A stretch of DNA of 63,578 bases, counting the filler, from Octopus bimaculoides (taxonomy: Eukaryota), in the NCBI RefSeq assembly GCF_001194135.2. It is 4 parts of 4 records of this genome, joined end to end, with 100 filler letters (N's around TTAATTAATTAA, not from the genome) between each part and the next. Parts side by side here need not be neighbours in the genome. Positions count along the whole stretch, not along the records: positions 1 to 19,102 come from NC_068982.1; positions 19,203 to 39,329 come from NC_068983.1; 2 more parts are not named here. One strand, written 5' to 3'. A model generated the notes under the pieces. It was not told where the DNA came from, ran no database searches, and was given only the letters and a program-made list of their open reading frames with translations. Each line of letters begins with the position of its first letter. The first letter of the stretch is position 1. Shown here piece after piece: positions 12,375-23,650 of the stretch. The translations under genes and the position numbers were made by a program.

Positions 12375-12570
12375 ATATATATATTTGTGTGTATGTGTGT
12401 ATCTCCCCCTCATCACTTGACAACTGATGCTGGTATGTTTATGTCCATGTAACTTAGCAGTTCAGCAAAAGAGGCAGATAGAATAAGTCCTGGGATCGAT
12501 TTCTTCAACTAAAACCCTTTGAGGTGGTGCTCTAGGATGGCTGCAGTCAAATGACTGAAAAACTAAAAAA
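12375..12570 (+). mobile_element. SINE family A, 3' half
   Basis: Reverse-complement homology to 5316-5540. Confidence 0.7.
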
Positions 12571-13380
12571 GAAATTTGACCTGATGGTAATTGATGTTGC
12601 TCATTAGATATTCTTTTATATGTTTCAGCTTTGAAGCTGTGGCTATGCTGGATAATTATTGATGTTTAACAATCAATATATTTTCTTCTGTTGGATTCCA
12701 CATCAATTTCTTTCCCCACACTGTTGTCTAACTTAATCATTTTCAATTTCCCAAAAATATCTAAATTTGGACAAAATGAGTAATGACTAATTTCAATAAT
12801 TTCTTTTCTTTAATTGCATGGTGCATAAATATATCAGAAAGAGAGCCACTCCAACAGATTATGAAGAAGCTATAGTAAATATTTTATGTTGAGTTTTTAG
12901 ATTTAGTTAAGTTTTGTTAATTTAAATTCATTTGCTATTTTTCCATGAGCCTCTTTCATTTGACCAAGATATTTTAAATTTTTGCTGAAGTTCTAATCTT
13001 TCTGATGCCTAAGGTTGGATATTGATACCTATGAGTCTTTTTTCAAATGTAATTCTGGAGACTTGAAGAGGCAAATTTATCATGCCTTGTCTTACTAATT
13101 TTGCCCCATCTAAATTTGTCTTTTATATGCTTTTATAATCTTGTGTAATAGTGTTCTGAATATGTTATTTGCTTAGCTGATTTGTTTTTGTAAGATAGTG
13201 AACATAGGTAAAATACAGCAAATATTGTGCCCCACCACTGAAACTGGAAAGCTGAACTGTCGTAATATAATTTGGAATTTCCTTGTTTTTATCAGGAGTT
13301 TCCCTTTTTTCTCTATGCATTGCAAAACAAGGAAGCCTTTTAAAAACAAGAATTTTAAAAATCCATGTCTTTTAAAAGTA

Positions 13381-13642
13381 CAAGGCATGGCTGTGTGGTA
13401 AGAAGCTTGCTTCCCAACCACATGGTTCTGGGTTCAGTCCCATTGCATGGCACCTTGGGTGTCTTCTAATTATAGCCTTGGGCCGACCAAAGCCATGTGA
13501 GTGAATTTGATAGATAGAAACTGAAAGAAGCCTATTGTGTATGTTTGTCTCCCACTCCTTGCTTGACAACTGTGTTGGTGTGTTTTTGTCCCGGTAACTT
13601 TGTGGTCTGGCAAAAGAAACCAAGAAAGTACCAAACTTTATA
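13381..13642 (+). mobile_element. SINE family A
   Basis: ggctgtgtggtaagaagcttgcttcccaaccacatggttctgggttcagtccc head followed by the family body. Confidence 0.85.
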
Positions 13643-14151
13643 AAAAGATAATAAGTACCAGGNNNNNNNNNNNNNNNNNNNNNNNNNNNNNNNNNNNNNN
13701 NNNNNNNNNNNNNNNNNNNNNNNNNNNNNNNNNNNNNNNNNNNNNNNNNNNNNNNNNNNNNNNNNNNNNNNNNNNNNNNNNNNNNNNNNNNNNNNNNNNN
13801 NNNNNNNNNNNNNNNNNNNNNNNNNNNNNNNNNNNNNNNNNNNNNNNNNNNNNNNNNNNNNNNNNNNNNNNNNNNNNNNNNNNNNNNNNNNNNNNNNNNN
13901 NNNNNNNNNNNNNNNNNNNNNNNNNNNNNNNNNNNNNNNNNNNNNNNNNNNNNNNNNNNNNNNNNNNNNNNNNNNNNNNNNNNNNNNNNNNNNNNNNNNN
14001 NNNNNNNNNNNNNNNNNNNNNNNNNNNNNNNNNNNNNNNNNNNNNNNNNNNNNNNNNNNNNNNNNNNNNNNNNNNNNNNNNNNNNNNNNNNNNNNNNNNN
14101 NNNNNNNNNNNNNNNNNNNNNNNNNNNNNNNNNNNNNNNNNNNNNNNNNNN

Positions 14152-14506
14152 AAAGTGAAATCATTATGGCACCTGTGCCCAGCGTCGCCTGTAAAGACAT
14201 GTAAAGACATTCGAGCGAGATCGTTGCCAGTGCCGCTGGACTGGCTCCTGTGCAGGTGACACGCAAAATACACCATTTTGAGCGTGGCCGTTGCCAGTAC
14301 CGCCTGACTGGCCTTCATGCTGTTGGCACGTGAAAGCACCCACTACACTCTCGGAGTGGTTGGCGTTAGGAAGGGCATCCAGCTGTAGAAACTGCCAAAT
14401 CAGATTGGAGCCTGGTGTAGCCATCTGGTTCACCAGTCCTCAGTCAAATCGTCCAACCCATGCCAGCGTGGAAAGCGGACGTTAAACGATGATGATGATG
14501 ATGATG
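14152..14506 (+). mobile_element. RTE LINE 3' UTR with (GAT)n tail
   Basis: Homologous to the reverse complement of 373-560; ends aaacgatgatgatgatg. Confidence 0.85.
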
Positions 14507-14572
14507 TGTCCATAAAGTGGCATTTTCAGTTGTTTATTTAAACTTTGTCGGCTAGCTCGCCAAATTCAATTA

Positions 14573-14762
14573 CGTTTTATATCCTGCCACAGGTTAGTAT
14601 ATATAAAATTAGGAAGTGGAAGTTTAATCAATGTGTTCATATGACGTACTTTGCGAGACTACCAAAACACTCTCCCTGACTACTTACTAACTTCTACTCT
14701 TTATAAGAATTTGGCTAGTCCATTCTCCAATCTGCCAGGGGTGTCAGACTCTCACCACAACA
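14573..14762 (-). repeat. 3' LTR (~190 bp)
   Basis: Begins TGTTG on the minus strand, directly after the polypurine tract. About 17 substitutions and 2 indels relative to the 5' LTR (~90% identity). Confidence 0.9.
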
Positions 14763-17700
14763 TCTCTCCCTTTGAGATTGACTTCTGTTGGAAGTTAATA
14801 TTTTTATTTCTTTTTACGTTGTCACTTTTACATCCTGACAACTCATTGCGAGATGTTGTAACGTAATTGTTACCTAGTATTGTTCATTTTCACACAGCAC
14901 TATTGTTTCTTGTTGTACTAAGCACTCTTGTTTTTCACTCAAACAGACTTTAGTACAATTTTTTAAGTCAGAGAAGACATCTCTATCTGGTTAACACTGC
15001 ACAGCTGCATCCGATATATTGTGAGCAGGAGAGTTGAACCCTTACCACATTCCAGCGATGGAACCAACACACAGTAATTCGAACAACTACCAGTACAGCA
15101 ACTTACGTGTTCAGTGCGAGTTCAACGCGAAACTAACACACCGACTCTTACCAGCCTCTAGCAAAACTCTTCCACAACTTCTGCCAACTTGCTGCCTTTT
15201 CACAGGACATGACAGGTATTTTACTGATGGTACTTTGACTGTCAAGCATGCAACCTCTACCAGCTTTCACCAATTTCTCAATGTCCCAGTGCATGCAACA
15301 GGTTGTACTGGGTTACATGTTACCAGTAGCACCAAAACAAGTGACCTGACCAGTGCGACAGGTTGTACTAGGTTACAGCTTACCAGTAGCGACAAAGAGC
15401 AACCTGATGTTGTAGTGTTGTAGGCATTACGACCCTCTGTGCATACATAAGCACATTATGACATATTGAATACAGATTTGAAATTGTGTTACGTCCAGCC
15501 ACATATTTTTTATTTGTTTCTTCTGATCTCACTATTTCTTTTATTTCATTTTCAGCTGTCTGCTAGTGGTTTACTGTATTTTGGTATTAATCTTGACAAA
15601 CCATCTGCATGTCCTAAATTTTTTGATGGCATCTTGAAGTCGTAATTCAGTAGGATTGTTTGCCAGTGCTGCAATTTCTTGGCTGTATGAGTGGGGATAC
15701 CCTTTTTTGATCCATAGGTCAACAATAATGGGTGGTGTTCTGTCTACAAACGGAACCTTATAAATTTATGGAATTTTTTTTACCGCAAATATGACTAATA
15801 CCTCTTTTCCTATTTGACTGTAGCTTTTCTCAGCCAGCAATAATGAGCATGAAGCATGAGCTACTGTTTACAGGCTACCATCTTCATACTTATGTAAAAT
15901 CACAGCTCCAATACCACTTTCACTAGCATCTGCTGTCACTACTATTTTTAAATTTGGGTCAAAATGTGATAATGACAATTCTAACATTAAGACATTTTTA
16001 ATTTCGTCAAAGACTCTTTGGCATTTGCCCAACCAGTTTCACTTAATGTCTTTTTTTTAACAAGTTATTCAGGGGTGCTCTTAAATCATGCATATTCGGT
16101 ATGTATTCCTAGTAGTAATTTGCAAGCCCCAAAAATGCTTGTAACATTGTAATATTCGTTGGGAGAGGCATATTTTTTTTATTGCATTCGCCTTAGATGG
16201 GTCTGGTCTGCTTCCATTTTTACCAATAATCTGCCCTAGATATTTTTTATTTTGGCATAAAAAATTCACTCTTTTCTTCACTGAGCTTAAACCCATAATC
16301 TTTTATTCTTTCAAAGATCTTTTTAACCTGCTCAGCATGCTGACCTTGAGATTCACTTTTTATGAGTATGTCATCAAGGTAAGCTACAGCGAAATCCGAA
16401 CCTGCGAGCATAATGTTCATAATTTGTTGGAAAATACCAGGTGCTACCTTTATACCAAAGGGGAGTCAATTAAATTTATACAACCCTTTATGGGTATTTA
16501 TTGTCAATAATTTTGAACATTCCTCATCAACTTTCACCTGCAAATATGCTTCAGATAGGTCCAACATTGAAAAAAATTTTCCTCCATTCAACTTAGCGAA
16601 AATTTCTTCCGAACTTGGTAACAGGTAATTATATGACATCAAACATTTGTTTAATTCCATTGAGAAATCAGCACATGCTTGAATTTTATTTTTTTTCTTG
16701 ACATAAACTGTAGGGGACGCCCATTCAGCATAATCAATTTTTTTCAATGACCCCCAAGCTTTTCAAGTCTATCCAATTGTTCATTGACTTGTTTTAACAC
16801 CGCAAAAGGTACTTTTCTTTGTGGTTTAAATACTGGTATAACATTTTCTTTCAATTGAAACTTCACCTCTGTTTTGGTGCAAAGACCCAAATCCTCAGAA
16901 AAAACTTCAGGAAAATTTTTTAAAATTCTTTTTTTATAAATTCTCCGATGCCTTATTTGTACTGATGGAAGAACCATTTACATTCTTACAAAAGATATTT
17001 ATGGGTAAGTCCCATACATTAAATAGTTCCATCCAGTCTGTTCCAAATAAATTTGTCATATTTTTCAACACAAAAACTTTGGCTTTCAAGATTTTTCCAT
17101 GAAATGTAACATCACTTATTTCGCCCATAAAATGCAATTTTTTTCCTGGAACACCTTGCGCAATTTTCAAAGTTTCTTTTAATCTAGGTTTCCCTATCTT
17201 TCTCCATGTATCTGTATTAATTATTGTGATATCACTGCCCATATCCAATTGTAACTTGATATTCATGTTATTCCTTTTTATGGACACAAACTTTCTTTTC
17301 TTAGCTTCACCTAGAATTTTTTTTTGCAATACATTTTTTTTGTTTGACCCTTTTGTTTCGTGATACAGTGTGAGCTTTTATGCCTGATTTTTCTACAATC
17401 AAAACATTTATGATTTTTAAAAGGACAATTTCTTTTAAAATGTAAACCTCTGCAACCATAGAATGGATTTGGCCTAGACATTCGTTTTTCTTTTTTCTTA
17501 TCCATTTCAGGACAACATGCATGTATCTGAGAACAATCTTTTTCTTCAATTTTATCCGTGTCATGTCTTAAATTTATAATCCTCTAGCATTCTCCAGCCA
17601 CTGCCTGTAGAGTTAATTTTTGGTCCTGTTCTAATTTTGTTAATATACAGGAACGTATATCAGTACCTTTTCTTGCTGTTAACCCTTGAACAAAAATTAG

Positions 17701-18266
17701 ACATTTGAACAAATCTGGGGTTAATTCATTTAATTTGAATTTTTCACACTCTCTGTTAATGACCCCAGCATAGTTGATGAAATCTTTGTCTTATTTAACT
17801 AAATTTAAACACTGCCAACGCATATTGAACAGGGAACTTCTTTCACTAAAAATTCTCAATAACAAATTAACTGCTTCATCGAAACAAATCTCACCTGGTT
17901 TCTTTGGCAGTTTCATGTTTGAGAGGGGATAACTTTCTTAAAAGTAGTCGCACTTTTTTCTCATCAATCCAATTTTTACAACCTTCTTTGAAGATTTCTT
18001 TGAATCTTTGAAAATATGAAGAAAAAGTAGTACCTTCTTCTGGGTTATAAATAAATTCTCCAATTGAATTTGCTATGCTGTCTGGTGAGAATGAAACTGA
18101 AGTATTTTCAGACTTCTTCAACATTACTTCAAGTAACTGTTGGTATTGTTGTTGCTGTTAACTGTATCAGATGAGCCAACAAGTCTTCCATGTTAAATAA
18201 TTTTTTTCATTGGTTTTGTACCAACAAAAAACAATTTAAATATCCTATACAAGCATTTCGTCATTA

Positions 18267-18456
18267 CTTTTATATCCTGCCACAGGTTGGTATATATAAA
18301 ATTAGGTAGCAGAGGTTTAATCAATGTGTTCATATGACATACTTTACAAGACTACCAAAACGCTCTCCCTGACTACTACTGACTTCTACTCTTTATAAGA
18401 GTTCGGCTAGTCCATTCTTCAATCCACCAGGGGTGTCACTGACTCTCGCCGCAACA
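18267..18456 (-). repeat. 5' LTR (~190 bp)
   Basis: Begins TGTTG on the minus strand and is followed by a decayed PBS-like taatgacgaa and then the gag start. Confidence 0.9.
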
Positions 18457-18751
18457 ACATGCAATAAACAGATTTTCAGATTTAAATTTGGTAATTTTCC
18501 AAGATTTTTATTCTTGTGTATGAGTGCCCACTGAAATCGAAGTGCCCAGGACCCTCTGGCTTAAATCTGGTCCAGCATACAAAAGTCATGTTCATTCAAG
18601 TCCAGCATCAAGAGTGTGTTTCCTGAGACAAATGTAGTCATATGTACCTGTAATATATATGAATTGTTCTGAGGATTAGTCTGTTAGCTCCCTTCTCAGC
18701 ACTCTTGTAATATATGGGTGTATGCACACATATTTATTTATATATATATTT

Positions 18752-19102
18752 AGAAGGGGATATAGCATCATAGAAGGGGATATAGCATCATACAACGTGG
18801 AAGACAATTGGAGATTTCTGCGGGACAACCTGTTGAAAGCCACCGACCAGATTTGTGGGTGGTGTAAGGTCCCCTCCCGACCCAGAGTAACGTGGTGGTG
18901 GAACAAGGAGGTAGACAGGGCTATTAGACAAAAGAAACAGGCTTGGAAGGACTGGAAGAACGGTGGTAGCAGGGAATTGTACCAATGTGCCAGAAGGGAG
19001 GCTAGGCGACAGGTTTATTTAGCCAGAGGGGAAGCAGATAAGAAAAGATTTGCCAATGTTCTGCGCCGTGAGGACCAAAGACTCGAGGTATTTCGTGTTG
19101 CA
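18752..19102 (+). mobile_element. RTE LINE internal fragment (less decayed copy), cut by a gap
   Basis: Open frame NWRFLRDNLLKATDQICGWCKVPSRPRVTWWW matches the 373-3945 element. A 20-bp tandem duplication agaaggggatatagcatcat lies at the 5' junction (18752-18791). Confidence 0.9.
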
Positions 19103-19146
19103 NNNNNNNNNNNNNNNNNNNNNNNNNNNNNNNNNNNNNNNNNNNN

Positions 19147-19158
19147 TTAATTAATTAA
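19147..19158. other. Artificial scaffolding linker (six-frame stop) inside a 100-bp gap
   Basis: N44-TTAATTAATTAA-N44, identical to the linkers at 39374 and 61086. Confidence 0.95.
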
Positions 19159-19470
19159 NNNNNNNNNNNNNNNNNNNNNNNNNNNNNNNNNNNNNNNNNN
19201 NNAATAACTTGCAGTTGTTTCCTTCAAAATTCCTACATGCTCGAAATGTACATACATCAAGGTATATTTGTAGAAAATTTCACGAAAAAATATTAATTTT
19301 CCTGGAAGTTAAGAAGAATTTAAGTGGACTCTGTTGGAATTTCCGAAAATTGTCCCCCACCCCCATTCCAAAACACTTTCACCGGAAATTTTTGTATATT
19401 CGAATTCTACATAGTAAATACTATATGCATAGAAAATTTCATTAAAAAATATTCATTTTTCTGAAAGTTA

Positions 19471-19549
19471 TGACCTCCCAAAGTCTGGGGGGTAAAACCC
19501 TGTAGTTGGCATAACTACAGGGTTTTACCCCCCAGACTTTGGGAGGTCA
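19471..19549. repeat. Perfect hairpin with 37-bp arms and a 5-nt loop
   Basis: tgacctcccaaagtctggggggtaaaaccctgtagtt-ggcat-aactacagggttttaccccccagactttgggaggtca. Confidence 0.97.
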
Positions 19550-20149
19550 ACAGTTATACTAAACTTTAATATTATCTAACCTTTAACGCTGGGGTACAAA
19601 GAGAGACAATTCAATAAAACGCTGGGGTAAATTTCTTACTTAAAGACGTTAACTGTGGGGGGTGGAAACAGATAAGCAGGCAGCGTTTGTTTACGTATTG
19701 ATTGTTGATACGGTTGACTTTTTATTTTGAAATGTTTATTTAACACGCCTACCTGGTTGCTCCATTTAATGAGTCTTTCATCACTACTTCTGCAAGAAAT
19801 ATTTAATATTGTTGAATCACAAGTCATCCCTGACTCTACAAAGATCAATTATTAAAGGCATTCTATCTTTAACCATTTTGTCTTGCTTTCATACCTAATG
19901 AATCTATTATCCAGTATGTCCTTTATTTAGGACTATAAGTTATGATTTCAGGAAGATTTCGCTGTTATCTCTTGTTGGTCAAAACAACCTAGAAGTTCTC
20001 CCATTGTCTAGTTTTTAGTGTTATTTTTATTCAAAAGAATGGGAGAATTTAGCATTGATACATTTCTTTTTTTATTATTTTACTGGTTTCTGTCTGGGAT
20101 GCTGACTTTTAGGGCATAATCAACTATATCAGCTGGTTCATATTTTGCC

Positions 20150-21090
20150 CATGCAGGTTAATGGCAGATTGCTTCAGCTTGACACAAAGGCCAAATAGAA
20201 CAGCTGGATCCAGTATCAACCATGAAAAGTCCGTTAAACACACGATCCTTAACAAAGAATACAAGATGAGATGAAAAATTGTGGGAAGAATTTGACGTGC
20301 CCAAATCTTCCGTAACTAGTTTCCCAACAGCTTGAACGAACAGGGCTGGATGCATCAACAGGCTTTATCCTTGAATGTGGCATGGTACCAACAGAGACTG
20401 GAAACCATTGGAGTAGAACTAGACGACTGTGACTTAGAACAGCTTCTGCTGCGAGGACGACGAGAGCTGGTGTGTTCTTGCCACAATGTGTCCATGTGAC
20501 ATGCTAATGCATTGACTCTCTCCAAAATGTCGTAATGTGACGAGGGAGAAGACTTTGTGGTAGTAGAGGAAGCTACTACGGGGTCCGAACACATATGGTG
20601 AGGTGCGGGCTGCACAGTGAACTCTATGATCTTGTTCACCATGGTGGCTATCTGATCGAGCGAATTGGAGTTGACCATTGTGGCCAGTATGGATTGGACA
20701 TTTGGTGGTAGCCAAGAGAAAAATAATTTTCTAAGCAGAGGATTGTCGTCAAGTGGAGTGTCACAGAGTTCACACAAACAACAAAGAAACTCAGATGGCG
20801 TCCTATCTCCCAGGTGTTCATCCTACATCAGTGTTTGGAATTTACTTTCCACGAATTGTGTGTTCCAACAGAGAACCTCAGATTTGACGGACGCATAAGT
20901 CGTGTCCGGATGTGGGTCAGTGATGAGATCATTCACTGAGCATGCAAGGGGTGCAGGCATCCCACAGTACAAAAGATTTAGCTGTTGTTGGTGAGGCACC
21001 ACATGGGCAGAAAAATATGCATCCAATTGAGCGAACCAAAGCGTGACATCACCAGAGTACACGGGTAAGTTGGGAAGACTCTTTATATAG
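20150..21090 (-). mobile_element. Ty3/Gypsy gag-protease fragment from a different lineage than 14573-18456
   Basis: LPVYSGDVTLWFAQLDAYF, LRKLFFSWLPPNVQSILA, LCWYHATFKDKA.CI.PC and LFMVDTGSSCSIWP. Confidence 0.85.
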
Positions 21091-23234
21091 AGAAGAGAAA
21101 AAAGGACCAAAGAACCGACAAAAGTGTTGCTGGAATAGTAACGTGTGCAAAAAAAATATTCTTAGCAAAATTTTTGAATTCTTTTGTGTACTGTGAGCAG
21201 CAATGAAAAGAAATTTCTTTTTTAGTCGCCAAACCTGTGTTGCAGTCCACTGAAAAAAACAAATGTTTGTGTTTTCTTTTTTTTAAGAAGTCATCAGAAA
21301 ATGGCAGGTGAACCGGTGATTTCTTTTTTTCAACACATGAGGCAATCCAAACATTGCAGTAGACAGGAACGATGGGTGGAAGTTGATGGTTGGCTTGTTT
21401 GAAGTGTCCTCCCGTAGCTGCATTTGGTGTATGTACTGGCATCAAACGTTGATGGTCGACATTGTGGGAGAAATTACTTCAAAAGGAGATTACTTGAAAG
21501 AATACCATGTAGTTCCTTGCGGGAAGAATGCATACTCTGCGAGGTACAAGTTCGAGGTGAAAAACACAAATTCTAAAGGTTCACTTGAATGAAAGAAGAT
21601 ATTGTGACGTCGGGTCAGGCTGCCATTCTGTAGTTCGGGTGAGGCATCTACGAGAAAGCTTGCAGCGGCCAAAATCCTTTTTCTGTCAGGGTCACCATTT
21701 TATAATGGAGTTGAAGGCTTGTGATACCTGTGGAGTATCTCCTTCTCAAATTATAATTATTTCTGTAGTCTTAAGGATTTGGAACATGAAGAACAAATTT
21801 ACAAGCGGAGTGCAATTCAATAGTTGTATATTTTTAGTTCTTGTTCATGTGGCTCCCTCCCAGTGACCATCTTTATGACAGCGTTATAGCTCCATTCATG
21901 TGAGGTTCATTGCCTCTGGAGATAACAGGTGAAGTTAGAGTGGGATAAGAGTCCGCTGTGAGCTGCCAGCTTCGCAGTGTTTCTCAGCATAAGCAAGAAG
22001 GAAGAAAGAGAAAGAATGTCTTAATTCTCCTGCTTAAATAGTCGTTGCTGATGAGTCTCATGCATGGCAAATGGTTGCAGGTGAGATCTCGCTCCTGTCT
22101 CGGACATGGTAATGGCTACCGGTGAGATCTTGTACAAAATTGCATTGGCTTCTTGTGCCTCTCTATAGTTTCCAAAAGACCTTGACCAAAAAGTGTCCCC
22201 AAAAGCATTGCTATTACATATACATACATGTATATACGTATATATACCCATACATGTGTTCAAGATGTGGAAAGAATAATAGAACCATTATTTACTTACT
22301 CATTCATGTCTGTAGATCAATGTTTTGTAAGTTTATGCTGAAAAGTTGTCATGGGTAAGAAAGAATTTGGCTGTGAATTAAGTTCCTTATAAAGATTATT
22401 TGACTATCTTCCTTTGACAAGGATGATGAAACATTTTCTCTTTTAGTGCTGCTATGACAATAAAATGTACCTAGTTAACTTCGTAAAGGGGCTAGTGATC
22501 AAATGGAGACAACAGGGGTTTGAAAGGACCCTTTAGTCATGCTGAGAACATGACAACATCTCTAATATTGGTGCCATAAGAAAATGTACCCAGTACACTA
22601 TGAAGAGTTGATGATAGGAAAGATATCCAGTCATAGAAATCAAGTCAAAAATGATATATACAAGCAAGACATGGTTTCCTGGCAGTAACTCTGAATAAGA
22701 ATTGAATGACTCGTCCAACTTATGCCAGCATGGAGAGCAGAAAACGATGACGATTATGATGATAATGACTTGCAATCACACATCATTTATGAGATTGTTT
22801 TTATTTTGTAAATTTTACATTGGAAGGAAATGGTTGTTTCTATTGACCATGTGATAAGGCCAGTCACCCAAAATTTCAGGCCTTATGCTTGTAGTAGAGG
22901 CAGTGAATTGGCAGAATCGTTAACATGTTAGATCAAATGCTTAACGGCATTCTGAGTTCAAATTCCGTCAGTTATTTCACTTGAGAATTATATAAGGGTG
23001 TGTGTGGAATATTCGACCACTTACATAATCCAATGAACAGGCTGTTCAGTTGATCAAACAATTGAATATTCATCATAAAGAAAAAACAGACATAAAAACA
23101 GTCTTTTATTTATTTACTTACTTATTACCTAAGAGCATAATGTAAAGCCATGAAAATGGTTTGAATTTATGACTTCTTAATCATTAAAACAACATATTAT
23201 CATCCCAACATCCTTAAAAACTAGTATGAAATAA

Positions 23235-23650
23235 TCCTTTCAACTCTAGACACAAGGCCTGAAATCAACCCTGGTACTTGACTGGTACTTACTTTATTGG
23301 CCCCAAAAGAGTGAAAGGCGAACTCAACCTTGGCAAAATTTGGACTCAGAAAGTAAAGCAAGAAAAAATAGTGCTAACCATTTTGTGGTGCACTAATGAT
23401 TCTGCCAGCTCACTGCCTTAAGCTTGTATGAAATAATGATGTCTAAAATTTGCACATAGCTGCAAATTTAGTTAGGTAATCCTAGCCATTTCAAGTAATT
23501 CTAGTACAAGACAGGCACTTATTTTAAAATTCCAGAAGGATGGAAAGTATAGTTAACTCTTGGATTTAAACTTAGAAAATATAAAGACATAACTAAACAT
23601 CTAAGATATTTAGTTAAGTACTCTTCCAATTTTGGCTATCTACCACTCAT
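23235..23650 (-). mobile_element. Two adjacent decayed copies of SINE family B
   Basis: tggtactt..ttta..g.cccc.aaag.gtgaaaggc.aa.tc.acc..gg..aatttgaactcagaa motif, seen twice; also present at 26340, 26540 and 40800. Confidence 0.6.

Larger units (their letters stand above)
14573..18456 (-). mobile_element. Ty3/Gypsy LTR retrotransposon with both LTRs, decayed, integrase core missing
   Basis: gag (FIYNPEEGTTFSSYFQRF..KKVRLLLRKL), protease (LQLDMGSDITII), RT (WASP.V.V.KK, LDLSEAYLQ, LPFGIKVAPGIFQ, AYLDDILI) and RNase H (VTADASESGIGAV, HADGLSR). LTRs at 14573-14762 and 18267-18456; PPT aagggagaga at 14763-14772. Confidence 0.93.

Noticed and set aside
15034-15423. 129-aa plus-strand ORF inside the Gypsy element
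   Set aside because: It is antisense to the pol remnants and partly built from the 60-bp duplication.
19103-19202. Palindromic TTAATTAATTAA islands at 19147, 39374 and 61086
   Set aside because: An identical N44-12-N44 layout three times indicates an assembly linker, not biology.
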